Shown here one piece after another: positions 25,094 through 37,480 of a DNA stretch of 64,000 bases (position 1 is its first letter; each line of letters opens with the position of its first letter). Source of the stretch: Schizochytrium sp. TIO01 (lineage: Eukaryota > Protista > Bigyra: Labyrinthulomycetes); NCBI GenBank assembly GCA_004764695.1, contig SMSO01000007.1:744001-808000 (forward strand), in the 5' to 3' direction. The translations under genes were made by a program, and so were the position numbers. The notes under the pieces are model-generated. The model saw only the letters and a program-made list of their open reading frames with translations, did no database searches and was not told where the DNA came from.

Positions 25094-28000
25094 CTATCGT
25101 GCACCCGAATGGCTGTGCTCGTTTTGTCAACGCTGAGCAGAGCAAGAGCCTCAGATTGAAAACCTCAGTTGCAGAAACAGAGACGCGTTGTTGATGTTGG
25201 GTGCCCAATAACTCCAAGTCCTGAGCACCTGTCATGATCTATCACGTCCTCTTCTCCTCTTCAAGCTCTGCTCTGCTCTGCTCTTCTTTCAAGGTTGAAG
25301 CGACTTTCCTTTCAACCAATGCACACTGAATAAAGCTCAACTTCTTTTCCTCAAGTTAGAGGCGGGTACCCTTGGTCCTGTTTCCCACGCCCCCCACGCG
25401 GAGAGACAGGTGTGGGTTTGCGAGCAGGGGGCGTTCTAGCAGGAGACCGCGCGCACACAGCGCAGTACTGCTAAGAGCAAAGGCGCGCCTGAAGAAGACC
25501 TGCTTTGGTCTGAGTGCGAGAGAAGAGACGCCCCTCGCAGCAGGCAGGCAGGCAGGCTGGCAGGCAGGTAGGTAGGCGGGAAGGCACGAGGCCGCCGCTG
25601 CCTCTGCGAGGCCGATGGAAGCCTTTCCGCAGAGCCGCTACGCCTGCTCTTCCAGGCGGCTTCGGGTGGAAGGTACCTGAGAGAATCTGGATTCTGCGCG
25701 AGGTCTCACCTTAGAACGGAACGGAACGCGCGCTGCAACGCCTGGGATCGCCCTGAGGCCCTCTAGTGACCCCTGCTTTGGGCGCTACTGAACAGCCAGC
25801 CTGTTGCGAATCGTCGGATACAAGTTCATGAGGCGGCAGGCGAGGAGAGAGGAAGAACTGACTGGGATCATCTCTGCAGAAAATAGAAGACAGAAAATAA
25901 ATAGGAAATAAGAGCTAAAGCTGCTGGCAAATCCTGCACACCGAAGGCTGTTGCGGAGATCTGCTCTGCCCTGCTCCGTGGCTTCGCAAAAGCAGCGCAC
26001 AGGCAAGAAACACTCTTCTTGTGCTGCAATTTGCACTGTAGTTTGCATCTTTATCGCTGTTCCACCACCACCCAGTGTTCCGTTCTGCCGCCCGCTTTTT
26101 CGTTTACTTTAATTTAAAAAAGAAAGTACTTGAAATAAAAATAATAATGCGTGCGGATAAATTATAAAAGTGAGAGATTTTCAATCCCCAAGAATGGAAA
26201 CAAACGAATCCACTGCTCTTACTACTAACTAATGGCTCTCAAGAAACCCTTTATTTGTACCCCGACCTCGAGAGTATGCGAAAGAGGATCAATACATAAA
26301 TAAATAGATGAACAAAATAAATTAAGAGCAAACAACTAAATAACTTAACAAAATGAACTATAAAAACCTTTAAAAACGAACAGTACTTTCTGATACTGCT
26401 ACTCAATGGCTAGCTACTGCTAGCTGAGCCTAGACTGCTCCTCTTAGGACCCCATAGTCCGGCATACGCCTTTTCCCAGAGCCACAAACCTTGAAGGCGC
26501 AGGTCCATCGCTGCGGTTCGCGCAGATTAGAATGCAGCTCTTCGAACGTGTCTGCGAGCGGCAAATGCAAATGCAAATGCAACTTCGGTTGGTGGTCTTT
26601 GCAGTGCCACGTTACGGCGGATGAATGAGTGAATGAGTGAATGGAGGCGTGAGTGAACCAGCACGCTCAGCTCGTGAAGTTATGCAGCCAACAGAAAATT
26701 GTTTTATGGTTTCTGGCAATAATAAATGAAAGGCGGAGGAGGAGAAAAAGAATTCATTATTGATAATGAATAAATGAATGAATGAATGAATGAATGAATG
26801 AATGAGGGCCAATAACTTCCAAGAAGAACCACGTACTCGGTGGGTGTGGCACTGGCAAGTGATGAGACGAATAGAGCACTGTAATGTTCTGCTTAGACAG
26901 GGGCTATTGCCTGGTGCCTCGTGGCACAACACAAATCTTGCGGCCTCCATCCGCTTCTATTTGCTCGGCTGAGCTGAAGATTGAATTGCATTCCTTTTCA
27001 ACGTTGAATAGTGAACACCGAATCTCATATCGAATATTTCACGCAAGCCATTGCGCAGGATTCAAGGCTGAATATTTCAGGAACCTTAAATCGATCGAGG
27101 GCTAGGTACTACACTCACCCAGGCAACGACGAGGTCTACTTTCAAGCCGACGCTCTTCGCACATAACGGTTCGTTCTTGGCACGCCGTGGTCCTGGTTCT
27201 TGAACCCAGGCATTGCGAGGGCGCTGCAGTTTGCGTCACAGTTCGTGTGTGTGTGTGCGCGAAGTATGCAGGTGTGTACCGCGCCTCAGCCATGTCTGTG
27301 CCTAGGCTCCGCTAGAGCTAGTTAGGGAGGTACCACCACGGTGCTCTGCGTGGAAAAAGATGGTTGGACTTGCCTGCTCAATACGAAAACGGCCGATCCC
27401 ATGAAGACCGACGTTGGCGGCGTAACTCCAGAAGCTGCCCTTGGGCAGGCCGCCTGCACTCTCCTCCAGGACACCACCTTCTCGACCATCGCAGAGAAGG
27501 CTCCGTGCGCTCTCAACGGCGACCGGAGAGCTTGAATCTTGAACGATCGCTGGCGGAGACCATTCCATCGTCTGTGCCTTCGTGCCGCTGCTGCTACCAA
27601 TACCGCTAGACAGGCCCTAGCCAGTCACTAGCCAGCGAGCCACTCACTCTAACTAACACCTACTTACTGTTACTTACTTCTTACTTACGTAGTTACTCAC
27701 TTACTGTTGGGTGGATGAGAAGAACAGTCTAAGTTTGCGCGAAGACAACTCCAACTTCGTATGAATCGTGAACCGTGAACTGTGAACCGTGAGTCGTGAA
27801 TCGCAGCGCGTGCGATGCAGCTAAATTGAGGTCGCCGCGGCGCTTTCGCTGCCATTGGCCAGCGTCGAGGAGCTGAGAAAGCGCATAGCAGTGGCGGAGG
27901 GTCCGCGTGGTTCTTTCTTGTCGTGCGTGGGTAGTTCAGGCTCCTTCCTTCCAGCGGTCTCCTCGTCTTTCACGGAGCCGCTCGTAGCTTCGTCGTTTGT

Positions 28001-29725
28001 TCCACTTCGACGGAGTAATGTAATTCTGACTTGAACTGAGCTAGCTTCGAATAGCTTCTTTCTTTCTTTCTTGCTTTCTTTCTTCTTAGTTTCGGACTTG
28101 GTTTGTTTATTATTTGTTCGAGTTTGTTTGTTTGTTTGTTTGTTTGTTGGTTGGTTGGTTGGTTGGTTGGTTGGTTGGTCAGCTCTTGGCTGCATCTTCG
28201 ACGAAGTTGACCTTGAACGAAGCTGACCTTGAGCTCAGTTCGCAGTTGGGCATCTTGAAGGTTGAGCGAGTCTGAGGCAACCTCGAAGCGCATTTATCGT
28301 GCTGTGTCTTCAGAAGTTAGGCTTTCTTTATTTGGGTTTATTTTGATTTATACATGCAAAATATGAAACCAATGCAAGTCAGCCAGTTCTGCCATAGTAG
28401 TCAAAACCCTTCTTATTCTCATCTCAAAACATCTTTTAATTAAAAAGAGGAAAAGAGTAAAAAAAAAAAGGAGTAAAAAAAAAAAGGTCATAGTCTCCAA
28501 AGAGGCAACCTACCTCTATAAATTAAAAACTAAAAGAAGAAGAGCCTGAGAGAACAAACTTTGAAAGCATCGTCAGAAACAGAAAAAAGGGATTCTTTCT
28601 GTGCATTAGGAGGGTTCCGAGCAGGTTCCTAGTGGGTTCCTGCCCATTAGAAAGGCGGAAAGAACAGAAGAACAAAGAGAGTCTCTCTCTGTTTCTCTCT
28701 TCTCTCTCTCTCGGGCGCTCCGCAAGAAATGCCGCAGAGCCGCTACGAGGCCGAGCACGCTCTGTGCAGAGGCGACGCGGCACCGGCCCTGAGCACGAGG
28801 CAGACCTCGAGAGGCGGCACAGCCAAGCGAAGCCAAGCCAAGCCAAGCGAAGCCAAGCCAATGGAATCTGGCCTCGAGGAAGATAGATAGATTCATGTAC
28901 GTACATTCATACATACGAATGCCTGCGAGTCAGAGAGAGAGAGAGATGCACTTAGTTGTGCGGCATTCCCCATTTAGTGCTCGGGTTATACAGTAGGGTA
29001 TTGGAATAACTCACTTGCAGGAGGCCGCATTTTGCACTTGCGCGGGGCCCTATAACCCACTTGCCGCCAGGCCCCCGCGCTGGAGGAGGAGTTTGAGTTT
29101 CCCGCCAGTCCAAAAGAACACTTCTTCTTCTTCTTCTTCCTCCTCCTTTTAATTTATTTTAAATTAAAACAAACTTGAAAACAAACTTGAAAACAATCAA
29201 TCAAATAGGCAGTTAGTTAGTTAGCTAGTTAGTTAGTTAGTTAGCTCTTCTGGTGGTTTCGAGGCTGAGGAGGAGAAAAAGAAAGAGAGAAAGGGAAAGT
29301 AGCGGAGAGTAGGTACAATGGACGGCGTACAGGTTCGGCCTAGCTAGCTGTAGCATCATAAGAACTGCCGTTCTCTCTCTTCTTCACGGCTAATTCATAA
29401 AATTAAATTGAAGAACTGTATAATTAACAATAAAAGGCCAACAGCAGCAGATCGACAGTGACAAGAAGAGAAGAGAGTAGAATGGAGTAAATTGAAGTCA
29501 AAACGAATATGCATGTTTGGCCGACAATAGAACAAAGGAACGCATTGCATTGGATGTTGTTGGCATTATAAGAGGAGCGCATTGTAGCAGGAAGAAGAAC
29601 CCATTCTCAAATGCAAATGCAAATGCAAATGCAAATGCCAATGCCGGGGAGAAGAAAGGACCAAGGAAGGCGAGGCCAAAGCAAGCATCAGAGCCGAGGC
29701 CTGCAGTGCGGAAAGCCTCACTGCG

Positions 29726-29757
<32 letters not shown>

Positions 29758-30288
29758 GGTGGAGAAGCTGTCTCTTCAAGATGCACTGCGCGGCTCTCAT
29801 CGTTTCCATGAGACAGACAGTCGTCAGACAGAGTCCCACGCTGCTAAGAGCTGCTTAGTACCTGCGTAGGAGTAGTGGACATGGAGGTCATCGCAGGCTT
29901 CAGGCGGAGGCTAGACGCGCGGCTAGGCGAAAGTGTAAGGAGTGAGAGGGCTGAAGAAGCCCCTTTGAGTCAAAGGCAGAGGCGACAAAATAGAAGGCGG
30001 CTATAGACCCACCCACCTCCTCCGCTAATGACGGCCTCGAGATGTGGTATTGTGGGTTCTTAGGCGCCAAGAAGGTGGTGGAGATGGAGGTGGAGATGGG
30101 CTGAGGCTGACTGAGCTTCGTTCTACCCTCTTTTATGGGTTCGTGTTTTATAGATTCGTGTTTTAGCTCGAGGAGTGATAAGCTAGTATTCCATTCATTC
30201 ATTCATACTATTTATATTTAGGGCAAATCAATTATAATAAAACGAGTCATAGCAAAGAGAAAACTAAAAGAGTCATGAGGACAGGGTT

Positions 30289-30376
<88 letters not shown>
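30289..30376. repeat. (GAAA)n microsatellite
   Basis: About 21 GAAA units. Confidence 0.95.
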
Positions 30377-30377
<1 letters not shown>

Positions 30378-31541
30378 GCTTACCCTTATGAGCAAAGAAC
30401 TTGGATTGGAACCTCGGGATCAACCAAAGGCCGTTGCTGTGCCTGTCAGGTGCCTTATGCACGGTACTCGGACCGTGATGCACAACACAAGCTCGAGCAA
30501 ATTTGAAATGCGCAAGCAGTCCACTTCATTCGGCTGCAAGCAACTCCAAAACCCACGATCTGCAGGACAGAGGCGCCTTCAGTGGTAATTTTGAACTCAT
30601 AGATATCGTCTCACGTTGAACAGGTAACAGAGTCCTCATTTTCCTACTTACTTTTAAAAATAATATATAAAGAATGAAAGAAAGAATGAAAGAAAGAAAG
30701 AATGTAGCGGTAGGCGGCTTCCTCGAGAAAGACCGAAGAGAACAGAGAAAGCACAACCACCACCACAAGAGGGGACACACGACCAGAGGGCCGAGGAATC
30801 GACCTCAATGAAAGAGCTAGCTAGCTAGAGAGGATAAGAAGAAGCTTCTTCCTTCGTGGACGCTCATTCGATTCGAGCGATTGGGTGTCTTTTCACTCAA
30901 CAACAACATACGTTTATGTCTGTAATTATAGATATTTAGTCAATCCAGAGCACAGCTCTGAGAGAGGGAGAGAGCCTCGCAAAACAAAACAGAGAAAGAG
31001 CGAAAGAAAGAAAGAGATGAGTGTTTTCTTCCCCTATTTTGTATAAAGCGATGTTCCTGCTTCCCAAAACAAAGGTTGAAGGTGAGCATTTTTAAAAGTT
31101 TAAAGAAAAGAAGAAAAGAGAAAAGAGAAAGAAAAAGAAAAAACTGCCTTCCTAGCTACTTGCTACCAATTTATCAAATACTAAAACAACGAATGATAAA
31201 AAAGAAAGACGAATGCATTTTCTTTTCGCGTACTGCTAGTACCTTCCCTAGCGCCTTCAGTAGCGCCCGGCCAGGTTAAGTAGGTAGGCAGTTAGGCTAA
31301 AAAAGACAACTTGAAGTGGGTTTGTTCTAAAGAAAACAGAGCGGGGCTATAGTGGTGTTAGTAACTGGTAACGAACGAGTCCACACCAGAGAGAGGCTTA
31401 GTGAGGGAGTGAAAGGAACTGATGAAAGGAAAGTGTCGCGTGAGATTCAACAAGTTTTGAAATAAATAAACAAATAAATATATAAATATAATAAATAGAT
31501 TAAAAAAAAACATGGTAAGTAGTCTACGATGAAAGGAAAGA

Positions 31542-31573
<32 letters not shown>

Positions 31574-31745
31574 CAAATTTGAAAACACGTTGAACAGAAA
31601 GAGAAAAGAGAGGGAGGGAAAAGAAAGAAAAGAGGAAAAGGAGATCGGCATCAGAGGCAGAACGACAACGCCTCGACGGAGCCAAGCAAGCGCAGCGCAG
31701 ACGGCACCAGGACAGGCGGCAGACGACAACACCAGGACAGGCACG

Positions 31746-34307
31746 ATGGGCATCACCGTTGGCGACGAAGGTAAGTGACCAAGGAACTCCCTTCCCTTTC
31801 TCTGGCCCGCTCGCGTGGGAACCGCGGATGAGGAGGCGCAGAAGTTTGAAAGTTTGAAATTCCTAGCTCTCTTGCCATGCTTGCTTGCATGCTGCATGCC
31901 AGAAAGAAAGCTTCAGGCGCTACCCGAAGACGCCGCGTACGCGTGGCAAGCCTGGGCAAAGAGAATGTGAAGATAGAGATGGAGAAGGCCAGGTATGCTT
32001 GAGTGACGACACCAGCCAGCTTCACAGCTGCGACGGTCAGCCCGCCTCGGCTAATTGTGATGAGTGGCCCCGTGAGAGGTGGTGCTCTGCGCTTTTCCTG
32101 ACGAAAGCCCAGGAGTGACAGCGATGATGCTACCTACCTACCTACCTACCTACCTGCTACGTCTCAAGTGTTAGGCATCTTCTCCTCTTGCAATCCTCGT
32201 CTTGATGGATTCTCATCCTCCCTCGCCGCATGCTGATCATCAGCTGGAGCGGTCTCTCCGCAAAAAGCACAAGCGCATCATTTGCGAGGCTTTTCTTTTC
32301 TCATCTTTTCATTCTTTCATTCATTCTTCTCTCCTCTTTTCCCGTCTTTCTTTTCTTTTCTTTTCTTTTCTTTCTCGTGGGCTTTTCTTTTCATACGCCT
32401 TTTTCACATTTGGGGTTTTGTGAGTGACTGAGTGAGTGAGTGAGTAATTGATCATTTACTCTACTGTGCAGAGTGGACGCACAAGTACAGTATTCCTTGC
32501 TCTCAAGTCGGTTATAGGAGCATAAATGCAAAATCTGCTCTACCTGGATCCTGGTAGCCCAATGAAGCAGGAGGAGGAGCTCCAGGAAGGCGCAAAGTGC
32601 CTCGCAGGTAGAAAACAGAGCGAGCGATGTCAAATTTTCATAGGTAGTAGCTAGTCAGCCAACTAGCAGCTCTAGGTCTCGCTGCTGGTGATGGCGCAGC
32701 AGGAAACACCGAGTATGACGACTCATATTTTAGAAGAGGCGGCAAAAGAAGCAACATCAGGAGCAGCAAGCAGGAAATGGACTCGGAAGTCAACATTCTC
32801 GGAGGAGACGGATAAGAGTGTGCTTATTCTTGTCACCGTTGATGATGGATGCGGTGCTCCGAAATAGGGCAATGGAGGAGGAGGAGGTAGGCATTCAAGG
32901 CCTACCTGGTTCCTTGCTTGCTCTACCTGCTTAAGAAGGTATATATATATATAACGACGAATTGGTTTGTTATAAATGATTTATATACTTTTGGCGTACG
33001 AACATGCAGGATGTCTGGACTTGGACTCTTCGTCCACACGACCTGTTTGTTTGAACATTTATCTGCCCAGAGATCGGGAGGAGCGCGCGCTCCGGCACTC
33101 AAATCCCAGGTTGTTTGGTTTTATTGAATATACCATAATCCATGCCGCCGAGTTATAGCCTCTTTTGAAATACTGAGAACCAAGAGGAATTCGTTCGCTC
33201 TTTGGACTATCTGTGAAATAAGAGACGGAAACCAGGTTGATAAGTTACGCTTACGCTTCCACGAGCCCACCCTCGCAGGGAAAGCCAGACATAGATGACC
33301 TGGATGCAGGGACCTGGTGATGACGTTCGTCCTATAGTTGGCAAGGCGCCCTCCTCTGCAGCAATATTGATTGCATATAGTCCATAATCAGGGAACGAGA
33401 ACGAAAAACACCAATCTGGGGTTCAGGGCGGTTGGCTCAAGGCGGCTGCAGAGTGAGCAGCTGATGAAAAAGAAAAAAAAATGCGAAAGGGAACACAGGA
33501 AACTTTAGAAAGGAGAATGAAAAATAAAGAATGCGGCGTTAATGAGAGAAACCGAAGGGAATAAAAACCTGAATTTGGAAAAACAACTGAATGACTAACT
33601 GAAGACACAATTGTGGCGGACATTTTAATATCTGGCCTTTTTCTTATTTGCCGCCTGTTTTTGTGACATTTCTTTCAGTGCCGGACTTTACCGCACAGAC
33701 CACTAAGGGAGAAATCAATCTTCATGACTATGTGACAGGCTCATGGTGTGTGCTTTTTGCGCATCCCGCCAACTTCACACCAGTATGCACGACAGAATTC
33801 GGCATGGTTGCCAAGCTTGCTGAGGAGTTTGAGGCTCGCAACTGCAAGATCCTTGGTTTGAGCCGGGACACTGTGGATGCCCACGAGGCCTGGATTAAGG
33901 AGATCAACGAAACCCAGGAAACCGAGGTTAACTTCCCTGTTATCGCAGACGAAGATGCTGAGATCTCCCGCCGACTTGGATTGTGCGACCCGCGCGGCAG
34001 AATTGTGCATCGTACTCTATACATCATTGACCCGAACCGTGTGTGCCAGCTCCTTCTCGTTTACCCCGAAAACACTGGTCGCAACTTTTACGAGGTTCTC
34101 CGTACACTTGACAGTTTGCAGCTCACTTCATACCACCACGTTGGTACACCGGCCAACTGGGCTGCTGGTGAGGACGTCGTTATCCTCCCTGATGTCTCTG
34201 AAGAGAGTGCGCAGGATCTCTTTCCCAAGGGGTTCACAACCATCAAACCGTACCTGCGTATCACACCCATGCCAGACTTTGCAGAAGGTCCGTTGTCTTT
34301 TGAGTAG
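31746..34307 (+). CDS. 1-Cys peroxiredoxin (Prx6 family); exons 31746..31770 and 33679..34307
   Basis: HPANFTPVCTTE peroxidatic motif, YPENTGRNFYEVLR, TPANW. Exon 1 ATGGGCATCACCGTTGGCGACGAAG followed by GTAAGT joins TTTCAG/TGCCG in phase 1 to give the canonical start MGITVGDEVPDFTAQTT (217 aa). Confidence 0.93.
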
Positions 34308-34964
34308 TAGCCAGTCAAATCATTCTGCAGCTGTATTTGGTGTGTTTCAACACCGCTAATAATACACAACAATTTTGGGCGACGAAATAAAAACAACTAA
34401 CCACAAAAACAAACCACAAAAAATTCCAAATTTTAGGTCCAGCGTAATGCTTGGTCAGACGTGATGCAACGCGCCGCCCACGCAAATGGATGGAATTTAT
34501 TTTCATCCGTATTTTATCTGTTCGTTCGTTTGCAGCGATGTAAATCATTTGCTGGGGCCCCACCTTCAAATTATATGAGTGAGGTCTATCCCAGTGAATT
34601 TGACTGGCCGTATGAGAGATACTCTTCTACATCAGGAAATGAGAACATATACCTCGATGGGCATATTCTATTTCTTGACGAGTAATTTCTTCCTGTTGCG
34701 ATCTCCAACTGTGTTCACGCTCCCTCTTTTCCTCTTTTCTTCTGTGCATGATGTGACGGGTGACTACAAGTATGTAACCTTTTGATGATGTTGATGGCAG
34801 CTCCCCGCCTTTTTTATACTCTGTACCTTTTATGTTTGATGTTTTGTTCATGGCAGCTCCCTGTCTTCTTTATATACTGTTTACCTTTGCATGTTTGTCG
34901 CTCCGCTATAGAATCATCTCTTCCATGAAATACACTTGTTTTATGGTTTTCTTTAAATCGAGAC

Positions 34965-35414
34965 TCAGTTTACAATGTCTTCCATTACGCAAGGATGGAG
35001 AGTAGTCTCCTTTTCATCAAAATTTTGCTTCTTTGGTAAGCGTAGTACCTGCTCAAGAGCGACTTCCTCCTGTGGTCCTGTAACTGGAATTTTGTCATTT
35101 TCGCCCGAGTTCATAGCCTGCTCGTGACGCTCCATCAAGAAGCGAAGCATACGATACTGCTTGAGCCTCCAAACACCAAGCAAAACTAGAGAGATAGAAG
35201 CAAACATCCAGGCGAAAATCAAGCGACGTTTGCGTCTCTTATCCTCGAGCTTGGTCTGCTCATTATTTGGAATCTGTACATTTTTATTCAGGCTACCATT
35301 AGTAGAAACGGGGTTTGGGTTGCTTGCACCGGCGGTGTCGGGCTTCAGGGGTGGAAAAAATGGCCATTGGTGTTTTCTAAAACTTTGATTTGTGTCTTGT
35401 TGAAAGCTACACAA
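34965..35414 (-). CDS. hypothetical single-pass membrane protein (start uncertain, possibly pseudogene)
   Basis: KRRKRR followed by hydrophobic LIFAWMFASISLVLLGVW; ORF starts at TTG, and the nearest upstream in-frame ATG is followed by a TAA. Confidence 0.4.
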   Translation of the reverse strand: MCSFQQDTNQSFRKHQWPFFPPLKPDTAGASNPNPVSTNGSLNKNVQIPNNEQTKLEDKRRKRRLIFAWMFASISLVLLGVWRLKQYRMLRFLMERHEQAMNSGENDKIPVTGPQEEVALEQVLRLPKKQNFDEKETTLHPCVMEDIVN

Positions 35415-35484
35415 AACATTCCTATTGATAGTTTATTGATTTCCAATCATTATGCATCAAATCATTGATAACAAAAACCAAAGA

Positions 35485-36399
35485 ATGGCAGTCGATTCGT
35501 GTTATCCTTCTGTGGAAATTTTCGGACCGTGCACGTGGAAGGTCTTACATTCAGATGCTTGGAGCTACCCTTCAGCCCCTAGTTCGCTCGTCTCACCGAA
35601 GTGACTATAGGAGTTTTTTAGAAGCTATTGGCAATGTTCTTCCTTGTCCAAATTGCAGCACGCAATTCAAGTCTTACTTAAAGAAATCTCGACCTGATAT
35701 GAAGAGTCGCGAATCTCTTCCGCATTGGGTGTACGACGCTCAAAACCAGGTAAATCGGCGCAATAACAAACCAGTTCCTAAATTTGAAGATGTAAAGGCA
35801 CAATACAGTGGTTGGGCAAATGGTCAAATGCCGGCACCGATGCAGAGCAGCAGTTGTAATGAACAGCTTGCTTTCATGGCCTCGCCTTACATGAAGGGAT
35901 CTCTACAGAGTGCTTTGTTGCTTAGAAACACGGTTGATGGGGAGCTTGTTGATGCTGGTGAAGGAGAAGGTGCTTTTGTCTATCCTAGGATTTCTTGCAC
36001 TGTTTCTAATTGGGGGCACTTGGTCTGGCTTATTATTTCTATCGTGAGTCTCGCAAAAAGACCTACAAAAACTGAAAATAAAACATTTCTTTGTTTTTCT
36101 CTGAAACTACTTGTAAAGATATTTCTAAGACCATGGCTTTTTCGGTCCGGGGTCAAGAATTTACCAAGCTGAATAAGCTTGTTAATGATTTAAAGGTTGC
36201 GTTCGAAAATTCAAAGGATCGCGACTACCTAAGTCCATTTGAAACCAACGTTTGGAGTCATATCTCTCTCCCCGTTTTGAAGGTTGTTGCTTGCGCCTTG
36301 GTGAGCTTTGCAAGAACACCACGATCTGAAGTGCGCGTTTTAATTATCAATTTTCAGTATTTGCTCTGCTACATTCACACGGTGAGTAAACAAAATTGA
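35485..36399 (+). pseudogene. frameshifted Erv1/ALR-family FAD-linked sulfhydryl oxidase with a second degenerate Erv-like domain (virus-like layout)
   Basis: From ATG 35485: MAVDSCYPSVEIFGPCTWKVLHSDAWSYPSAPSS; +1 shift near 35587 into YRSFLEAIGNVLPCPNCSTQF...SRESLPHWVYDAQNQVNRRNNKP; second WGHLVWLIISIVSL repeat; shift back near 36090. Confidence 0.8.
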
Positions 36400-37418
36400 A
36401 TATTGAAACGAGAAATCAACAATCATTCTGTTGAATGCTACTATAGCTGCCTTAATTGTTGGTGATAAGAGTTTTTAAGCATCCAAAAAAAAATCCAAGG
36501 CTATTTTGTAGTGTGGTGTAATGGTAGTATCAAATGAAAAGTATTAGATGTCCAACTCTTTTGCGAAACAATATCCCAGAACAAACTTGATCAATTGGAT
36601 CCTGAGTCCTCGAGGCTGTTCTTGCAAGCTCTGCTTGTGTGGTTTCCTCTCTTTCACGCCCCTCGAGCTACCCCATGGCGCAGTCCAGGAAGCTGATTTT
36701 GGACTTGCAAAAGAAACCAAAGGAAAGGCGCATTGAGGGATTGCTTTGGGCCGAGTTCTTAACCATACTCTGAGTAGTGTAGAACTCAACTGAGCTCGAA
36801 TGTACCTCTGGTTAGTGACAATGGGGAAAACAGAGAAAGCAAAAGAAACTCAGAGTTCGCGTTGTTGGGAAAACAGGGGAAAGGTGGCTCGAACCGCCTC
36901 TTTGCGCAGGCAAGCAGCTTGAAGCGCAACCAAGGCCGGTGGCACGGGCCTCAACCCTGCGCCAGAGCATCGGGCAGACAGTCGAGGCTCTGCTCGCAAA
37001 GACAGATAGCTCCAGACCCCGATCAAGCTCCACGTGTCTCAGGCGCCGTGGAACTGGGTTTCCACAGGTTATCATGAGCGCGAACTGCTGCTACAGACTT
37101 GAAAGGGTTGCCCAAACAAGCAAACCAAAAGGCACTCCGACAGCGATACATTCGTGCGTACATACACATAAAACCTGAAGGATGGGTGAACTTCCATTGA
37201 TAGGTCACCTTCGAAGGTCTTCTTCGAAGAAGACCTCCGCGAGGGAGGCTATCCAGGTGGCACCAGGACCATCACCCGCGCTGCCAGACCCTCTCGCCGT
37301 CCCTAACGGCTACAGAGAAGCCCGCGGCCGCCGGCCCTAAGCCCTGCTCGTGTATGCGGCGGGATCCTCCCATTCTCGGCCACGATTCGCAGCTCTTGAC
37401 AACAGTTTTCGGTGTCTG

Positions 37419-37480
37419 AAAATCTGAGAACCTGAGAATCTGAGAATCTAAGAAACTGAGAATCTGAGAATCTGAGAATC
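37419..37480. repeat. 8-bp (GAATCTGA)-type tandem repeat
   Basis: About 7 imperfect copies of CTGAGAAT. Confidence 0.85.

Noticed and set aside
27302-27609. Coding-like GC-rich patch with short ORFs in several frames
   Set aside because: No recognisable motif or consistent frame
36505-36570. GTGGTGTAATGGTAGTATC resembles a tRNA D-arm
   Set aside because: No T-arm (GTTCRA) or acceptor stem follows
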